64,000 bases of DNA from a candidate division TM6 bacterium GW2011_GWE2_36_25. GTDB lineage: Bacteria > Babelota > Babeliae > Babelales > UBA12409. Both the position numbers and the translations under genes were made by a program. Shown here one piece after another: positions 62,865 through 64,000 of this stretch. The DNA lies in assembly GCA_000991575.1 (NCBI GenBank), contig LBRU01000009.1, forward strand, positions 698-64,697. Reading direction: 5' to 3'. Under the pieces are notes generated by a model. That model was not told where the DNA came from, did no database searches, and saw nothing but the letters and a program-made list of their open reading frames with translations. The number at the start of each line of letters is the position of its first letter. Within the stretch, counting starts at the first letter, position 1.

Positions 62865-64000
62865 TTTCAATCAAGCATTCTTGTTCATTGCCTAACGCCA
62901 AAATGGTTTCTGACTCTATGCGCATGCAAGCACCAAGGCCGATCAATTTTTCTTCAAGCTTGTCATAACCTCGGCGCCAATGACTGATACCAGTCATCAC
63001 CGTCTTCCCCTTGGCAGCAAGACCTGCTAAAACCAAGGCACATGAAGCACGAATATCAGTTGCGATTACATGAGTACCATAAAGTGCCTCCACTCCTTTT
63101 ACTTGCACCTTATCGCCAAAAATAAATTTTACTTGGGCTCCCATTTTGAGCAATTCACGCACATGTAAAAAGCGATTTTCAAAAACTGTCTCATGAATTT
63201 CACACGTTCCTGCTGCTAAACATTGGGCAACCATCATAGGAGATTGCAAATCTGTTGGAAATCCTGGATATGGTCCCGTCTTAAAAGAGACTGCTTCTGG
63301 CAATGGGGTTGCTTCAATGCGCACACCAACACCATTGTGACCAATTTCAATATGATGCCCCATCTCTTCAAGTTTCATCAAAAAAACATCCATATCATAA
63401 GCACGCGCATTTGTTACAAAAATATCACCCCCTGTTATTGCTCCAGCTAATAACAGGGAACCTGCCTCAAGGCGATCGGCAAGTACTTCATGTTCATATG
63501 GATGCAAAGAAGAAACACCGGTAATTTCGATGGTCGCTGGTGGAAGAATATTTATTTTTGCACCCATCTTTTTAAGAACGACTATTAAATCTAAAACTTC
63601 TGGCTCCAGCGCTGCATTAACAATTGATGTTGTTCCTTCAGTTAAGGTGGCCGCCATCAGAATATTTTCAGTTGCGCCCACACTTGGATATTCAAGCGCT
63701 ATGCGCCCTGCTTGTAATTTCTTTGTTGTTGATTGTAACTCTTCATCAATAAAGTGAATCTCAACCCCCATCTTTTTGAAATTTTTTAAATGGTAATCGA
63801 TCGGCCGTGCACCAATCAAACAACCACCAGGAAAAACAATGTGTGCTCGCTGAAAACGCGCTAACAGAGGACCCATCACCAAAACTGAGGCACGCATTTT
63901 TTTCATAAGTTCGGGACTTACGGTAAATTTGTTTACCGTTCTCGTATCAACCGTCAACCGTTTTAATTCTTGATCAAATGATACTGATGCTCCCAATTCT
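62851..64000 (-). CDS. murA: UDP-N-acetylglucosamine 1-carboxyvinyltransferase, N-terminus beyond window
   Basis: ...RASVLVMGPLLARF..., the GGCLIGARPIDYHL active-site Cys loop, and GATENILMAATLTEG. The frame remains open to the window edge. Confidence 0.93.
   Translation of the reverse strand, partial: ELGASVSFDQELKRLTVDTRTVNKFTVSPELMKKMRASVLVMGPLLARFQRAHIVFPGGCLIGARPIDYHLKNFKKMGVEIHFIDEELQSTTKKLQAGRIALEYPSVGATENILMAATLTEGTTSIVNAALEPEVLDLIVVLKKMGAKINILPPATIEITGVSSLHPYEHEVLADRLEAGSLLLAGAITGGDIFVTNARAYDMDVFLMKLEEMGHHIEIGHNGVGVRIEATPLPEAVSFKTGPYPGFPTDLQSPMMVAQCLAAGTCEIHETVFENRFLHVRELLKMGAQVKFIFGDKVQVKGVEALYGTHVIATDIRASCALVLAGLAAKGKTVMTGISHWRRGYDKLEEKLIGLGACMRIESETILALGNEQECLIETIER

Overview
This is a 64 kb AT-rich bacterial chromosome segment. 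Its gene content looks like a reduced, host-associated genome; my guess is an amoeba-symbiont or Dependentiae/TM6-like lineage, which I cannot verify here.

Conserved backbone: pepP-recR-yidC, murC, rplS, trmD-rpsP-ffh, hflX, uvrD/pcrA, trpS, pgi-zwf-gnd, rph, pnp-rpsO, tRNA-Val, the classical tRNA(Tyr-Gly-Thr-Thr-Trp)-secE-nusG-rplKAJL-rpoBC block, tsaE, atpG and murA.

Accessory islands of signal-peptide proteins lie between these:
- glycine-zipper mini-proteins (5.2-6.9 kb)
- tandem paralog families (18-21.9 kb)
- beta-propeller-like paralogs (24.9-27 kb)
- eukaryote-like domains: ankyrin, two classical C2H2 zinc-finger proteins, a RING-like protein and a Skp1/BTB-like protein
- a HEPN/MNT toxin-antitoxin pair

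The most unusual signal is a modular hairpin-repeat family (stem-CCTGAG-N-TCGAAGG-stem, plus an expandable 42-bp unit) found at seven or more loci. One pair of copies forms perfect ~60-bp inverted repeats around a decayed GIY-YIG nuclease gene. Another locus is its internal-deletion (MITE-like) derivative. Further copies sit in frame inside uvrD/pcrA, where a 14-nt partial unit splits the gene, and inside gnd, where the unit is read from the opposite strand.

Other oddities: a Cys-rich ~60-aa insertion in RpoB, TrmD fused to a second SPOUT domain, a CdaA-like protein lacking catalytic motifs, an orphan atpG, and the rpoC stop codon lying inside tRNA-Val.

All repeat and tRNA coordinates were derived by eye from the sequence and should be confirmed computationally.
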